From an uncultured delta proteobacterium (GTDB lineage Bacteria > Myxococcota_A > Polyangia > Polyangiales > B10-G4): DNA of 64,000 nucleotides. The stretch is from assembly GCA_963727445.1 (NCBI GenBank), contig CAVSGI010000013.1, positions 145,316-209,315 on the forward strand. Reading direction: 5' to 3'. Under the pieces are notes generated by a model. It did no database searches and was not told the origin of the DNA. It saw only the letters and a program-made list of their open reading frames with translations. Numbering within the stretch: the stretch's first letter is position 1; each line of letters starts with the position of its first letter. Below are positions 37,661-47,530 of this stretch, piece by piece. Position numbers and translations under genes: made by a program.

Positions 37661-40600
37661 TCACGGCAGCACCACCGGCGTCGGCGTACGGTAGAGCGGA
37701 CCGCTCCCAGCGGCCCCCACTTCGTTTCGGCCCCAACACTGGAGGGAACCAGCGGGGGTCGCGCTTCCCTCGAGCACACAGGTGGTGTGGGCGCCCTCGG
37801 TCCCCGCCACGACCTCCGTGACGTTCGTGACGCCCATCACCAGGGCGGGAGTGCTGGCCGAAGCGGTGCCGCCGTTACCGAGCTCATAGAAGGACGAGCC
37901 GCCCCAGCATCTCACCGATCCGTCCACGTAGGCGGCGCAGCTGTGATCCGCGCCCGCGGCCACGCTGACCGCCTCGATGGACGTGAACGCGACGGCCACT
38001 GGCGTGGCGCTGTTGGTCGCCGATCCATCACCGAGCTGGCCGCCATCGCCGCGGCCCCAGCAGTGCACCTCGCCGGACGCAAGCAGAGCGCACGCATGAG
38101 ACTCCCCGGCGGCGAGCCCCTGAACGGTGCTGAGGCCGCTCACGGTGACCGGAGCAGTGGAATCGGTCGTGCTCCCATTGCCGAGCTGACCGTAGTCGTT
38201 GGCCCCGAAGCAGTCGACGGTGCCGCCACTGCGGAGCACGCAGCTGAAATTCGCGCCGAGGGCCAAATCCGTTCCGTCGTCGATGCCCGGGACCGCGCCA
38301 CCGGGTACGTCGAAGGTACCGGTGGTCGTCCGGCCGAGCTGACCATGGTCGTTCTCGCCCCAGCAGTGGATGGCCCCGGCGGAGGTGATTGCGCACGAGT
38401 GATTCGAGCCCGCGTCGATCGCGATCTCCTCCCCCGCCAGCGCGACCAGGATCGGCGTGCCGGAGCTCGTCGGCGTGGACACCCCCACCGCGCCCACCGC
38501 GTTGCGCCCCCAACAATAGGCTTGTCGACCCATGGCGCCGCCCAGGTCCTCGACCGCGCACGAGTGAGTGCCCCCCGCTGCGATATCGACGACGTTGGTC
38601 AGGTCGCTGACCAGCACGGGCGCGCTTCTGTTGAGCGCGGCGCCGTCGCCCAGTTGCCCGTAGTTGTCGTTGCCCCAGCACATGGCGTGACCCGCTTGGA
38701 TGGCGCAACCGTGGCTCCCCCCGTGTGAGAGCGCCGTGAAGCCACTGGGGAGCGTCCCCATCGCGTCGCGAACCGGCTCGGCTCGCTCGAGTTGCATGGT
38801 GTCGCGGGGGACCGCGCCGAAGAACGCCGCGCCCCAGCATTCGTAGGCGGTGCCCCGACGGCCGCACGCCGCCCACCGCCCGCCCCGGACGTCGCGATAC
38901 ATGTCGAGAGCAGCGATGCGCGAGGGCGCCTCTCCATCCGTGGTGCGGGGGGTGTTGTTCCCGTTCCCGTATTGACTCTCGTAGTTGCGGCCCTGGCACC
39001 GCACCCCGTCGCTCTTCCGGTAACAGAGCGAGTAGACGCTCTGCCAATGGTCGACGACCCCCGAGGTCTCGATGGGCACCGGCGTCGACTCCGGGCCGCT
39101 TCGAGCGCCGATCTGTCCCGCTGTGTTGTCCCCCCAACACCAGAGCTCTCCACCCGCGCCGCGCACACAGAACGTCCGGAACTCCGCCGTGATGGCGACG
39201 GCGTTGCTGATATCCGCCACCTGCACGGGAATGTAGGTGTTGGACGAGACGCCACCATCACCGAGTTGTCCAGCCGTGTTGGCTCCCCAACAGTAGACGC
39301 TCCCGTCGTCGATGACCGCACAGGTCGCGTCCTGCCCGACCGCGACGCCGACGGCGGCGCCGCCAGGGGCCCAGGGGGAGGCCACGAGCTTGGCCGTGAA
39401 GGGCGTGCCGGAGGGGATGCCCGCCGAGCCGCCGTAATTCGTTCCCCAGCACCACACCGCCCCCGCATCGTCGACCGCACACGTGCGGACGTAGCTGTCG
39501 ACGTCGACGAAGGTCCGCGGGTCGAAGGCGGCGGCGTCGGTAATTGCCAGCACCGGAGTCGGATACGCAGACTCCGGGAGGGTGTTGCCTGCGCCGAGCT
39601 GACCGAGATCGTTGGCCCCCCAGCAGAGGAGCTCGCCCGCATCATCGATGATGCAGGTGTGACCGACACCAGCCGACACCTTCCGCGCGAGCTGAGTCGG
39701 CGCGCCCGCATCCGCGCTCTGGGGAACGGGCGCGGCGCCCTCGAGCGCACGTGGGTACTCCGCCGGGCCGCATTGATAGGCGTCATTCTCGCCCCAGCAG
39801 AAGACCCGGCCGCTCGCGCGGATCAAGCAGCCATGACCCCAATCCACGTCTCCGTCGACCGGTGGATCGCAGACGCCATCGGTGCAGGTCGTGCCCGCGG
39901 GACACACCGTTCCACATGCACCACAGTTCGACGTATCGGAACCCAGGTCCGCTTCGCAACCCGTGCTCGCGTCCCCATCGCAGTCGTCGAAGCCGGTCTC
40001 GCAGGAGTCGATGACGCACGCGGATGCCGCGCAACTCCCACTGGCGACGTGAGTGTCGTCGCAGGCAGCACCACAGGCTCCGCAGTTCGCCAGTTCGTTG
40101 GCGGTGTCGGCTTCGCACCCGTTCGACTCGTCTCCGTCGCAGTCACCGCGATCCGCGGCGCAGGTGAAGCCGCAGACCGAGCTCACGCACGTAGCCGTGG
40201 CACCGGCCACATCCGTGCAGACCATGTCACACCTGCCGCAGTGCGCCGGGTTCGTGGTCGTGTCGACGCATTGGGTCCCGCAAGTGGTCGCGGCACACAT
40301 GTCGGAACAGACCGGACTCCCTCCGCTGGAATCACAGAGCTGCCCCGAATCACAAGCCACGTCGCAGCTGCCGCACGCATCGACGCTGGTGAGGTCGGCT
40401 TCGCACCCGTTCGACGGGTCGCCGTCGCAATCGCTCCGGTTCGTTTCACAGCTGTAGGTGCATGCACCGTCCGCACACGAGGCGGAGGCGTGACTCCGGC
40501 TGGCGCAATCGGCGGCCGTCGTGCACTCGTCTCCGCCGTCGGGCTGGGCGTCCGAACCACCATCATTCCCGCTGTCCACGGGGCCGTCGAAGGTGAAGTC

Positions 40601-40678
40601 CGAAGCGTTGTCGACGAGACTGCACCCTCCCGCAAGGGCGACGAGCGCAAGCACCGCAGCTGTCTTGACAGTTTGCAT
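37661..40678 (-). CDS. Lipoprotein with N-terminal Cys-rich repeats and multiple RCC1/BLIP-II-like repeats
   Basis: Lipobox LALAGGCS. CGxCxxxC-type Cys repeats, then about 12 repeats of the form ...CWG.N..GQLG... Confidence 0.75.
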   Translation of the reverse strand: MQTVKTAAVLALVALAGGCSLVDNASDFTFDGPVDSGNDGGSDAQPDGGDECTTAADCASRSHASASCADGACTYSCETNRSDCDGDPSNGCEADLTSVDACGSCDVACDSGQLCDSSGGSPVCSDMCAATTCGTQCVDTTTNPAHCGRCDMVCTDVAGATATCVSSVCGFTCAADRGDCDGDESNGCEADTANELANCGACGAACDDTHVASGSCAASACVIDSCETGFDDCDGDASTGCEADLGSDTSNCGACGTVCPAGTTCTDGVCDPPVDGDVDWGHGCLIRASGRVFCWGENDAYQCGPAEYPRALEGAAPVPQSADAGAPTQLARKVSAGVGHTCIIDDAGELLCWGANDLGQLGAGNTLPESAYPTPVLAITDAAAFDPRTFVDVDSYVRTCAVDDAGAVWCWGTNYGGSAGIPSGTPFTAKLVASPWAPGGAAVGVAVGQDATCAVIDDGSVYCWGANTAGQLGDGGVSSNTYIPVQVADISNAVAITAEFRTFCVRGAGGELWCWGDNTAGQIGARSGPESTPVPIETSGVVDHWQSVYSLCYRKSDGVRCQGRNYESQYGNGNNTPRTTDGEAPSRIAALDMYRDVRGGRWAACGRRGTAYECWGAAFFGAVPRDTMQLERAEPVRDAMGTLPSGFTALSHGGSHGCAIQAGHAMCWGNDNYGQLGDGAALNRSAPVLVSDLTNVVDIAAGGTHSCAVEDLGGAMGRQAYCWGRNAVGAVGVSTPTSSGTPILVALAGEEIAIDAGSNHSCAITSAGAIHCWGENDHGQLGRTTTGTFDVPGGAVPGIDDGTDLALGANFSCVLRSGGTVDCFGANDYGQLGNGSTTDSTAPVTVSGLSTVQGLAAGESHACALLASGEVHCWGRGDGGQLGDGSATNSATPVAVAFTSIEAVSVAAGADHSCAAYVDGSVRCWGGSSFYELGNGGTASASTPALVMGVTNVTEVVAGTEGAHTTCVLEGSATPAGSLQCWGRNEVGAAGSGPLYRTPTPVVLP

Positions 40679-40704
40679 TCCCCTCGAGCGCGCAGATTAC
40701 ACAA

Positions 40705-40911
40705 TCATGGCCAGCCCCAGAAGCCTTCAGCGTCGAGCCTCAGGCGCGGCCGCGCCGGTGGCGGCAGGGTCCCCGGGAACTCGTCGAAGCGGATGGAACG
40801 CACGGCGACCCGCGGCCCCTCGGGCGTGAAGACGCGAACGATCTCCCAGTTGCGCCGGTTCGGGCGCGGGGCGCGGAGGTTCACCAGCGTCCCATCGTCG
40901 CTGACCACCAT
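40705..40911 (-). CDS. Possible small protein (68 aa, hypothetical)
   Basis: Balanced amino-acid composition, unlike the shadow ORFs. Lies in the intergenic space between the Cys-rich gene and the RCC1 gene, on the same strand. No homology recognised. Confidence 0.2.
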   Translation of the reverse strand: MVVSDDGTLVNLRAPRPNRRNWEIVRVFTPEGPRVAVRSIRFDEFPGTLPPPARPRLRLDAEGFWGWP

Positions 40912-41001
40912 CCGCCGCGTTATCCGTCCGCGGTCGCTTCCGCTGAAGAACGCCTTCCTGGTCCACCTGCCCGTAGCGCGGGTTGGCGTCGTCCTCTGGG
41001 C

Positions 41002-42126
41002 TCAGTCGCCGCGGTTGTAGCAGACGGCGATCCCGCCATAGGTGGTGCAGCTGTACTTGCGGGGGCAGTCGCAAGGGCAGGAGGCGCACCCGAGGGGTAC
41101 CTCGTAGCGCTCGCAGTTCCCGTTGCGACACAGGCGGCCTGCACTGCACGTTCGACCGCAAAACCCACAGTTGAGGTCGTCTGTGTCGAGGTCGACGCAC
41201 GAGCCGCTGCAGACCGTCTCCCCGGACATGCAGACGCTGACGCACGACGAATCGCTGCACACCTCCCCCGTCATGCAGGGATTGCCGACCGAGCCGCAGT
41301 TGGCCGGATCGGTGGTGGTGTCGATACACGAAGAGCCAGACGCCGAGAGACCGGGACGGCACTCGCACATCGACGCGACGCACCACTCGTCGTCGTTGCA
41401 CGCGTTGGTGAGCGCTCCGCAATGGCTCGAGTCCGAGGTGAGGTCGCGGCAGTTGCTCGGCGGGTCGAATGTCAGTCCCGGAGCACAGCCGCACGAGCCG
41501 GAAATACATGTCAGATCGTTGTTGCAGCGGTTTCCACAGGAGCCGCAGTTGTTGTCGTCGGTCATGAGGTCGAAGCCTTCGTCGACCATCGAGTCGCAGT
41601 CGTCGTCCATGCCGTTACAGAGCTCGGCCGTCAGGCAGCCGTCGACGCTGATGATGTCTCCGAGGGTGTCGCCCGGCACGTCCGGAGTGGCGTCCATGCC
41701 CGCATCCGGAAACTCGCCTCCGCAGCGCCCCTCGACGCACACCTCCATCGCGCACGCGGTGCCGGTCTGCGGCGAGGCGAGAGGGATGACGTGAGGCGAC
41801 TGATCTGCGGGCAGGTCGAGCTCGAGCTGGCCTCCGACGAACCACACGCAGGACCCATCCCGCGCCCGCGCCTCGAGACAGTAGTGCCCGGGGTCGAGGA
41901 TGGGAGGCGAGTCCGTGGCCGTTCCGCTGGCCACCGGGAAGAGGGTCCGGTAGCGCTCGGTCCCGTCGCAGCTGCCCTCGAGGATCAACGCCTCGACGAA
42001 CACGGCACGCGCCTGATCGGCTTCGCTCGCGAAGGAAACTCCCAGATCAGCTCGTGCGGAATCCGCCGTGCAGCTCGCCAGAGCCAGCGCGAGCGAGACA
42101 TGCACGACCACCCACCGCGTCCCCAT
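41002..42126 (-). CDS. Cys-rich repeat lipoprotein (myxobacterial CxxCGxxC-type repeat family), C-terminus ...NRGD
   Basis: ATG at 42126 gives MGTRWVVVHVSLALALASC (lipobox). Tandem NCGxCGxxC modules. The tool ORF's long Arg-rich N-terminal extension was rejected. Confidence 0.65.
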   Translation of the reverse strand: MGTRWVVVHVSLALALASCTADSARADLGVSFASEADQARAVFVEALILEGSCDGTERYRTLFPVASGTATDSPPILDPGHYCLEARARDGSCVWFVGGQLELDLPADQSPHVIPLASPQTGTACAMEVCVEGRCGGEFPDAGMDATPDVPGDTLGDIISVDGCLTAELCNGMDDDCDSMVDEGFDLMTDDNNCGSCGNRCNNDLTCISGSCGCAPGLTFDPPSNCRDLTSDSSHCGALTNACNDDEWCVASMCECRPGLSASGSSCIDTTTDPANCGSVGNPCMTGEVCSDSSCVSVCMSGETVCSGSCVDLDTDDLNCGFCGRTCSAGRLCRNGNCERYEVPLGCASCPCDCPRKYSCTTYGGIAVCYNRGD

Positions 42127-42258
42127 GCTCTCAGTATACACACCGTCCGGTCGGCGACTGTTAGGATGGTCAGTCGGTAAGCACTGCATCTTCGGCTGAG
42201 TCGCCGAGAAGGAGGGGATACGGAAACGACGGCGAACCGAAGCGCTCTGGTCGCGGCG

Positions 42259-44280
42259 GTGCTCTGTTCGCTGGCGACGTCCGCGATCGGGTGCGGGGAC
42301 GATGGCGGCGCCGACGCCGGACCGGCCGATGTCGGTGTGTCGGTAGACCCAGCAGCGCCCGACATCCCGTGGCTCGACCTCGGCGTTCCACCCGTCGCGA
42401 TCACACCATGTCCCGACGGATGGCACGAGGAGGCCGGCGACGTGACGACGTGCGCACCGTACCTGCCCGCCGGACCGGACGCCTGCGCGGTGGGCGAGGC
42501 GCACTTCCCCGGGGAGCCGGGCTGCCGGCCGATCGGCGATCCCTGTCCGGCGGGTACGTTCGCCGACACGCTGCCGACCGACGGCCCGGTCGTCTACGTC
42601 GACGCGGCGGCCGCCCCGGGCGGGGACGGATCGCTCGCCTCTCCCTACGCTGCCTTGAACGAGGTGGGCTGGCTGTCGCTCGCTGCCGGCACGACAGTCG
42701 CGCTCGCGCGAGGAGTCTACCCGGGGACCGTTCCGCTCAAAGCCGGCGTGCGTGTGGTTGGCGCGTGCGTCGCGGAAACGCACCTCGTTGGCGTCGATGC
42801 GCCCGTGCTCGGGGTCGTCACGGTGACGAGCGCGGGCGAGCCCGCGGAGCTGCGCAACGTCGCCATCGAGGGCGCGTCCCAGGGCGGTGTCTACGTCGAC
42901 CTCGGCCACGCGATCACCCTCGATGGAGTCGCGATCGATGGCGTGACGAGAGTGGGCATCGGCGGCACGGACGCGGGGAGCGTGATCCACGCGACGAACG
43001 TGGTGGTTCGCGCCACGCGGGCGGACGCGGGCGCTGCGCGCGGGATCGAGGTGGTGGACGGCGCTGCGTTCGAAGGCGCTCACCTGGTGGTCACCGACAA
43101 CCCGGAGGTCGGCATGGTCGCGTCGGGCGGGTCCCTGGTCGCGAGCGACGCCCTGATCGGTGGCGGCTCACAGCGGCAGGGGGTGGCGGCCCAGATCGAC
43201 GCAGATGTCACGATCACGCGGGTGCTCCTGATGGACAACCGCGAGCTCGGCCTGCTGGTGATCGGCGCCACCGCGACGCTCGCCGAATCGGTCGTGCGTG
43301 GCACGTCACCCGTCGGAACCGGCCGGGCCATCAACGCTCAGGAAGGCGCGACGCTGAACGCCTCTCGAGTGCTCGTCACGAACAACCAGGACACCGCTAT
43401 CGGCGTGATCCAACCGGGGACCGTGGCCGTGCTCACCGACCTGGTGGTGAAAGATACCGAGTCACATCCAACCAGCGGCCTCTACGGTGACGGCATCGAA
43501 GTCACCGACGGCGCGCATGTCGAAGCGACGCGCCTGCTCTTGTCGCGCAACCAGGCGTTCGGGATGGCGATCCACGGCGAGGGGACGGAGGCGATCGTCA
43601 CCGACGCGGTCGTCCAGGACACACAGGCGCAACAGGCCGACGCTCGCTTCGGTCGCGGCATCGCCGTCGAGGCGATGGCGCACCTCACGGCGACACGCAT
43701 GCTCGTCTCGGGGAACCACGATGTGGGGTTGGGCACGTCGGGGCTGGGAACCGAAGCGATGCTGACCGATGTCGTCATCCGCGACAGCCTGCCGCGCGAG
43801 GTCGACCACGCCTTCGGCTACGGGCTCGCGGCACAGTTCGGGTCGCAGATCGTCGGCGAGCGCGTGGTCGTCGATGCCGCGCGGGGGTCGGGACTCTGGG
43901 CGGCGGCCAATGCCTCGGTGACGCTCGAAGACATCTCGATCTCCGACGTGAGGACAGCGGAGTGCGACTGCCCGGATTACATGGTGGGGATGGGCGTGAC
44001 GGTGGCCGTGGCGACGGTGACTCTGACGGACTTCGTCATCCGAGACGTGGCGACCTGCGGTGTCTTCCTCAGCGACTCGACCATCGTCACCGGTCCGACC
44101 GCGCTCGACCTCGAGCGTGGACGGATCGCCCGGTCGACCATCGGCGCGTGTGTTCAGGTCGACGGCTACGACCTGATGCGACTCGGTCAGGAGGTGGTCT
44201 ACGAGGACAACGGCGTCAACCTCGACACGACGATGCTGGCCGTGCCCACGGTCCCCGACTCGCTCTCCGAGGAGCCCTGA
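42259..44280 (+). CDS. Right-handed parallel beta-helix repeat lipoprotein (pectate-lyase-fold, hypothetical)
   Basis: Repeated V/I-x-V-x-D-x-G beta-helix rungs throughout. GTG at 42259. An in-frame lipoprotein signal (RSALVAAVLCSLATSAIGC) extends upstream with no canonical start, so the 5' end is uncertain. Confidence 0.6.
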   Translation: MLCSLATSAIGCGDDGGADAGPADVGVSVDPAAPDIPWLDLGVPPVAITPCPDGWHEEAGDVTTCAPYLPAGPDACAVGEAHFPGEPGCRPIGDPCPAGTFADTLPTDGPVVYVDAAAAPGGDGSLASPYAALNEVGWLSLAAGTTVALARGVYPGTVPLKAGVRVVGACVAETHLVGVDAPVLGVVTVTSAGEPAELRNVAIEGASQGGVYVDLGHAITLDGVAIDGVTRVGIGGTDAGSVIHATNVVVRATRADAGAARGIEVVDGAAFEGAHLVVTDNPEVGMVASGGSLVASDALIGGGSQRQGVAAQIDADVTITRVLLMDNRELGLLVIGATATLAESVVRGTSPVGTGRAINAQEGATLNASRVLVTNNQDTAIGVIQPGTVAVLTDLVVKDTESHPTSGLYGDGIEVTDGAHVEATRLLLSRNQAFGMAIHGEGTEAIVTDAVVQDTQAQQADARFGRGIAVEAMAHLTATRMLVSGNHDVGLGTSGLGTEAMLTDVVIRDSLPREVDHAFGYGLAAQFGSQIVGERVVVDAARGSGLWAAANASVTLEDISISDVRTAECDCPDYMVGMGVTVAVATVTLTDFVIRDVATCGVFLSDSTIVTGPTALDLERGRIARSTIGACVQVDGYDLMRLGQEVVYEDNGVNLDTTMLAVPTVPDSLSEEP

Positions 44281-44358
44281 CGCCCGATGAGCTGACTACG
44301 GTCGACCTGCCGCGTGACTCGCTTGCGTTCGCGTGCCGTGGAGCGTAATCCGCCAACG

Positions 44359-45573
44359 ATGAAAGCGCGGCTCGCGAAGTGGGGGAGCTTGGTCCTTGTC
44401 GTGCTCGCTGCTGTCGCCTTCGTGGTGATCCGCCAGCGCGGTCCGGAGGTGCCGGTGGCGACGGCGAGCCGCGGGCCGGTCGTGCAGACCCTGGTGGTCA
44501 GCGGTCGCGTGCTCGCACCGGCGGAGATCGATCTCGGGACCTCGGTCACCGCGCGGGTGGAGACGGTGGTGGTGGACGTCGGCGACCGCGTGGAAGAGGG
44601 GCAGCCGCTCCTCACCCTCGATGCCGCCGAAGCGCAGGCCGCGGTTCAGGAAGCGGAAGCGGCGGAGCGCCGGGCCGCAGCGGGGCTCCGGCAGGTTCGA
44701 CGCGTCACCGGGCCCATCGCCGAGGACAGCCTCGAGAGCGCGCGCGTCCGGCTTCAGGACGCGGAGGAGAATCTCGCGCGCGTCCGCACCCTGGTGCGCA
44801 GCGGCGCCATGCCACGAAACCAGCTCGACGAAGCGGTGCGTGCGCGCGATCTCGCCCAGACCGATCTCGGCACCGCCTCCACCCGTGTGTCCAGCGCCGC
44901 GGCCGGCGGCCCCGAGTCGGCCCTCGCCGCCGCTCAGCTCGCCCAGGCCGAAGCCTCCCTCGTCGCGGCGCGCGCGCGTCTTTCGCAGACGCGCCTGACG
45001 GCCCCGACCTCGGGCGTCATTCTCCACCGGAACGTCGACCCGGGCATGGTCGTGTCCCCCGGACAAGAGCTGCTCACGCTCCTGGCCGACGGTCAGGCGC
45101 GCCTGGTGGTCGAGCCAGACGAGTCACACCTGTCCCTGCTCGTCGAAGGCCGAACGGCGGAGGCCTCGGCCGACGCCTTCCCCGACGACCGCTTCGACGC
45201 GCGGGTGACGTGGATCGCGCCGGCGATCGATCCAGAGCGCGGCACCGTGGAGGTGCGCCTCCAGGTGCCTGAGCCGCCCGACTACCTCCGCGCAGACATG
45301 ACGGTGAGCGTCGAGATCGAGGTGGGACGGTCCGAGGAAGCGCTGGTGGTTCCGGCGGTGGCGGTGCGAGACGCCGCCACCGACGCTCCCTACGTGCTGC
45401 TGGTCCGGGACGGGCGCGCGCAGAAGCAGGACGTCACACTCGGGCTCAGGGGCAACGAGCTCTTCGAGATCGAAGGCGGCCTCGACGAGGGGGACGTGGT
45501 CGTCACGGGTGACATCCGCACGGTCTCGCCCGGCGACCGCGTCCGACCCGTGCGCTCGGCGGAGAGCGGCTGA
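44359..45573 (+). CDS. Efflux periplasmic adaptor (MacA/HlyD family)
   Basis: ATG at 44359. Single TM, coiled-coil, beta-barrel. First gene of a three-gene ABC exporter operon. Confidence 0.75.
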   Translation: MKARLAKWGSLVLVVLAAVAFVVIRQRGPEVPVATASRGPVVQTLVVSGRVLAPAEIDLGTSVTARVETVVVDVGDRVEEGQPLLTLDAAEAQAAVQEAEAAERRAAAGLRQVRRVTGPIAEDSLESARVRLQDAEENLARVRTLVRSGAMPRNQLDEAVRARDLAQTDLGTASTRVSSAAAGGPESALAAAQLAQAEASLVAARARLSQTRLTAPTSGVILHRNVDPGMVVSPGQELLTLLADGQARLVVEPDESHLSLLVEGRTAEASADAFPDDRFDARVTWIAPAIDPERGTVEVRLQVPEPPDYLRADMTVSVEIEVGRSEEALVVPAVAVRDAATDAPYVLLVRDGRAQKQDVTLGLRGNELFEIEGGLDEGDVVVTGDIRTVSPGDRVRPVRSAESG

Positions 45574-46787
45574 TGCCCCTCGAGTGGTACGTGGCGCTGC
45601 GCTTCCTCCGCGAAGGCCGCGCCCAGTCCATCCTCATCATCTCCGGGGTCGCGGTGGGGATCGCGGTGATCGTCTTCCTGACGGCGCTGATCAGCGGGCT
45701 CCAGTCGAGCCTGATCGAAAAGACCCTCGGCACGCAGCCGCAGGTGATCGTCCGCCCGCCGGACGAAGCGGTGCGCCCGCTCCGCGCCGCCGACGATGGC
45801 CAGGTGCTCCGCATCATCGAGCGCCCCGCCCAGCGCGTGCAGTCGATCGACGAGTGGCCGCGCGTCCTCGGGCAGATCGAGGCGACCCCCGGAGTGCGCG
45901 CCGCCTCGCCCATGGTGACCGGCTCCGCCTTCGCCATCCGCGGGACCACCAGCCGCGCCGTGGCGTTGATGGGGGTGAGTCAAGAGCGCTACGCCCGCGT
46001 CATTCCGGTCGACCAGCACATCGTGCGCGGCGCGTATCGCATCGAGAGCACCGACGCCCTGATCGGCACCGAGCTCGCCGACGACCTGGGCGTGGACGTG
46101 GGCAGCCGCATCCGGGTGAGCACCGCCGGCGGCCGGAACCAGGTGCTGACGGTGCGCGGCATCTTCGACCTCGGCAATCGCGACGTGAATCAGCGCTGGG
46201 TGCTCTCGACCATCCGGAGCGCGCAGACGCTCCTCGACCTGGTGGGCGGCGTGAGCTCCATCGAGCTCACCACCGACGAGATCTTCGATGCCAGTGGGGT
46301 CGCCCGCGAGATCGAAGGACGCACCGGACTCACCGCGGAGAGCTGGACGGAACGCAACAGCCAGCTCCTCACGGCGCTCTCGTCGCAGAGCGCTTCGAGC
46401 ACCACCATCAAGGCGTTCATCGTGCTCGCGGTGGCGATGGGTATCGCCAGCGTCCTCATCGTCTCGGTGGTCCAGCGCCAGAAGCAGGTGGGCATCCTGC
46501 GCGCGATGGGGATGTCGCGACGGAGCGTGCTCCTGGTATTCCTCTATCAGGGCCTGGTCGTGGGGCTGGGGGGCGCCGCGGCCGGATGCGTGCTCGGCTC
46601 CCTCATCGCCATGGTCTTCGCGCGCATGGCGACGGGCCCGGATGGCTCGCCGCTCTTCCCGATCACCCTGAGCGCAGAGCTCTACCTCGTGGCGACGCTG
46701 ATCGCGGCGGGGACGGGCGTGCTCTCGGCGGTGCTCCCGGCGCGGCGCGCGGCCCGCCTGGATCCCGCGACCGCGATCAGGCAATGA
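45573..46787 (+). CDS. ABC transporter permease, FtsX/MacB/LolE family
   Basis: TGATG overlap with the adaptor gene. Four TM helices with a large periplasmic loop (FtsX-like topology). Confidence 0.8.
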   Translation: MPLEWYVALRFLREGRAQSILIISGVAVGIAVIVFLTALISGLQSSLIEKTLGTQPQVIVRPPDEAVRPLRAADDGQVLRIIERPAQRVQSIDEWPRVLGQIEATPGVRAASPMVTGSAFAIRGTTSRAVALMGVSQERYARVIPVDQHIVRGAYRIESTDALIGTELADDLGVDVGSRIRVSTAGGRNQVLTVRGIFDLGNRDVNQRWVLSTIRSAQTLLDLVGGVSSIELTTDEIFDASGVAREIEGRTGLTAESWTERNSQLLTALSSQSASSTTIKAFIVLAVAMGIASVLIVSVVQRQKQVGILRAMGMSRRSVLLVFLYQGLVVGLGGAAAGCVLGSLIAMVFARMATGPDGSPLFPITLSAELYLVATLIAAGTGVLSAVLPARRAARLDPATAIRQ

Positions 46788-47530
46788 CGAGCGCGCCCAC
46801 CATGCGCCTCCGCGGTGTGACCCGAATCTACGGGGAGGGACAGAGCGCGACGCACGCGCTCCGCGGGATCGACCTCGACTTCGGCGAGGGGGAGTTCTCG
46901 GCGCTCATCGGCCCCTCCGGCTCGGGCAAGAGCACGCTCCTGAACGTCATGGGACTCCTCGACCAGCCGACCTCGGGCACCGTGGAGGTAGAGGGCCGCG
47001 ACGTCTCGACGATGAACGACGACGAGCGCACCCGCCTGCGCGGACAGACCCTCGGCTTCGTCTTTCAGTTCCACCATCTGCTGCCCGCCTTCACCGCGCT
47101 CGAGAACGTCCAGCTGCCGCTGGTGATCGACGAGGGCCGAGTCAAGGGCGCGATGCAGGAGCGCGCCCGTTCACTCCTCGAGCGCGTCGGCCTCGGCGAC
47201 AAGCTCGACAGCCCCTCGGGCGAGCTCTCGGGCGGGCAGCAACAACGCGTCGCGATCGCCCGCGCTCTGTGCATGCGCCCCGCGCTGGTGCTCGCCGACG
47301 AGCCCACCGGGAACCTGGACACCGGCTCCTCCGATCGGGTCTTCGAGCTGCTTCGGGAGATCAACCGCGAAGAGGGCACCGCCTTCATCGTCGTCACCCA
47401 CGACCCGCGCATCGCCCAGCGTTGTGATCGCATCGTCGAGCTCGTCGACGGCCGGGTCGAATCGGACTCGGGCGTTGGCGGCGAGGAGCAGCGGGACGTG
47501 GCGACGTCGGGATCATCGAAGGGCGCGTGA
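46784..47530 (+). CDS. ABC transporter ATP-binding protein (MacB/LolD-like)
   Basis: ATGA overlap with the permease gene. Walker A GPSGSGKST, ABC signature LSGGQQQRVAIARA, Walker B LVLADEPTGNLD. Confidence 0.9.
   Translation: MTSAPTMRLRGVTRIYGEGQSATHALRGIDLDFGEGEFSALIGPSGSGKSTLLNVMGLLDQPTSGTVEVEGRDVSTMNDDERTRLRGQTLGFVFQFHHLLPAFTALENVQLPLVIDEGRVKGAMQERARSLLERVGLGDKLDSPSGELSGGQQQRVAIARALCMRPALVLADEPTGNLDTGSSDRVFELLREINREEGTAFIVVTHDPRIAQRCDRIVELVDGRVESDSGVGGEEQRDVATSGSSKGA

Noticed and set aside
37205-41020. ORFs 37205..38728, 38028..39140, 38599..39786, 38792..41020
   Set aside because: Alternative frames of the RCC1-repeat lipoprotein gene, with R/G/A/P-rich composition.
40727-41509. 260-aa ORF on the - strand
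   Set aside because: Its 3' end lies in the promoter region between the Cys-rich gene and the RCC1 gene, and the rest is an alternative frame of the Cys-rich lipoprotein gene. Arg-rich.
42127-43083. Upstream 319 aa of the 693-aa ORF 41002..43083
   Set aside because: Arg-rich with no signal. The lipoprotein signal MGTRWVVVHVSLALALASC begins at 42126, and the region overlaps the beta-helix gene on the other strand.
45390-46784. 464-aa ORF on the - strand
   Set aside because: Antisense to the FtsX-family permease. R/H/G-rich.
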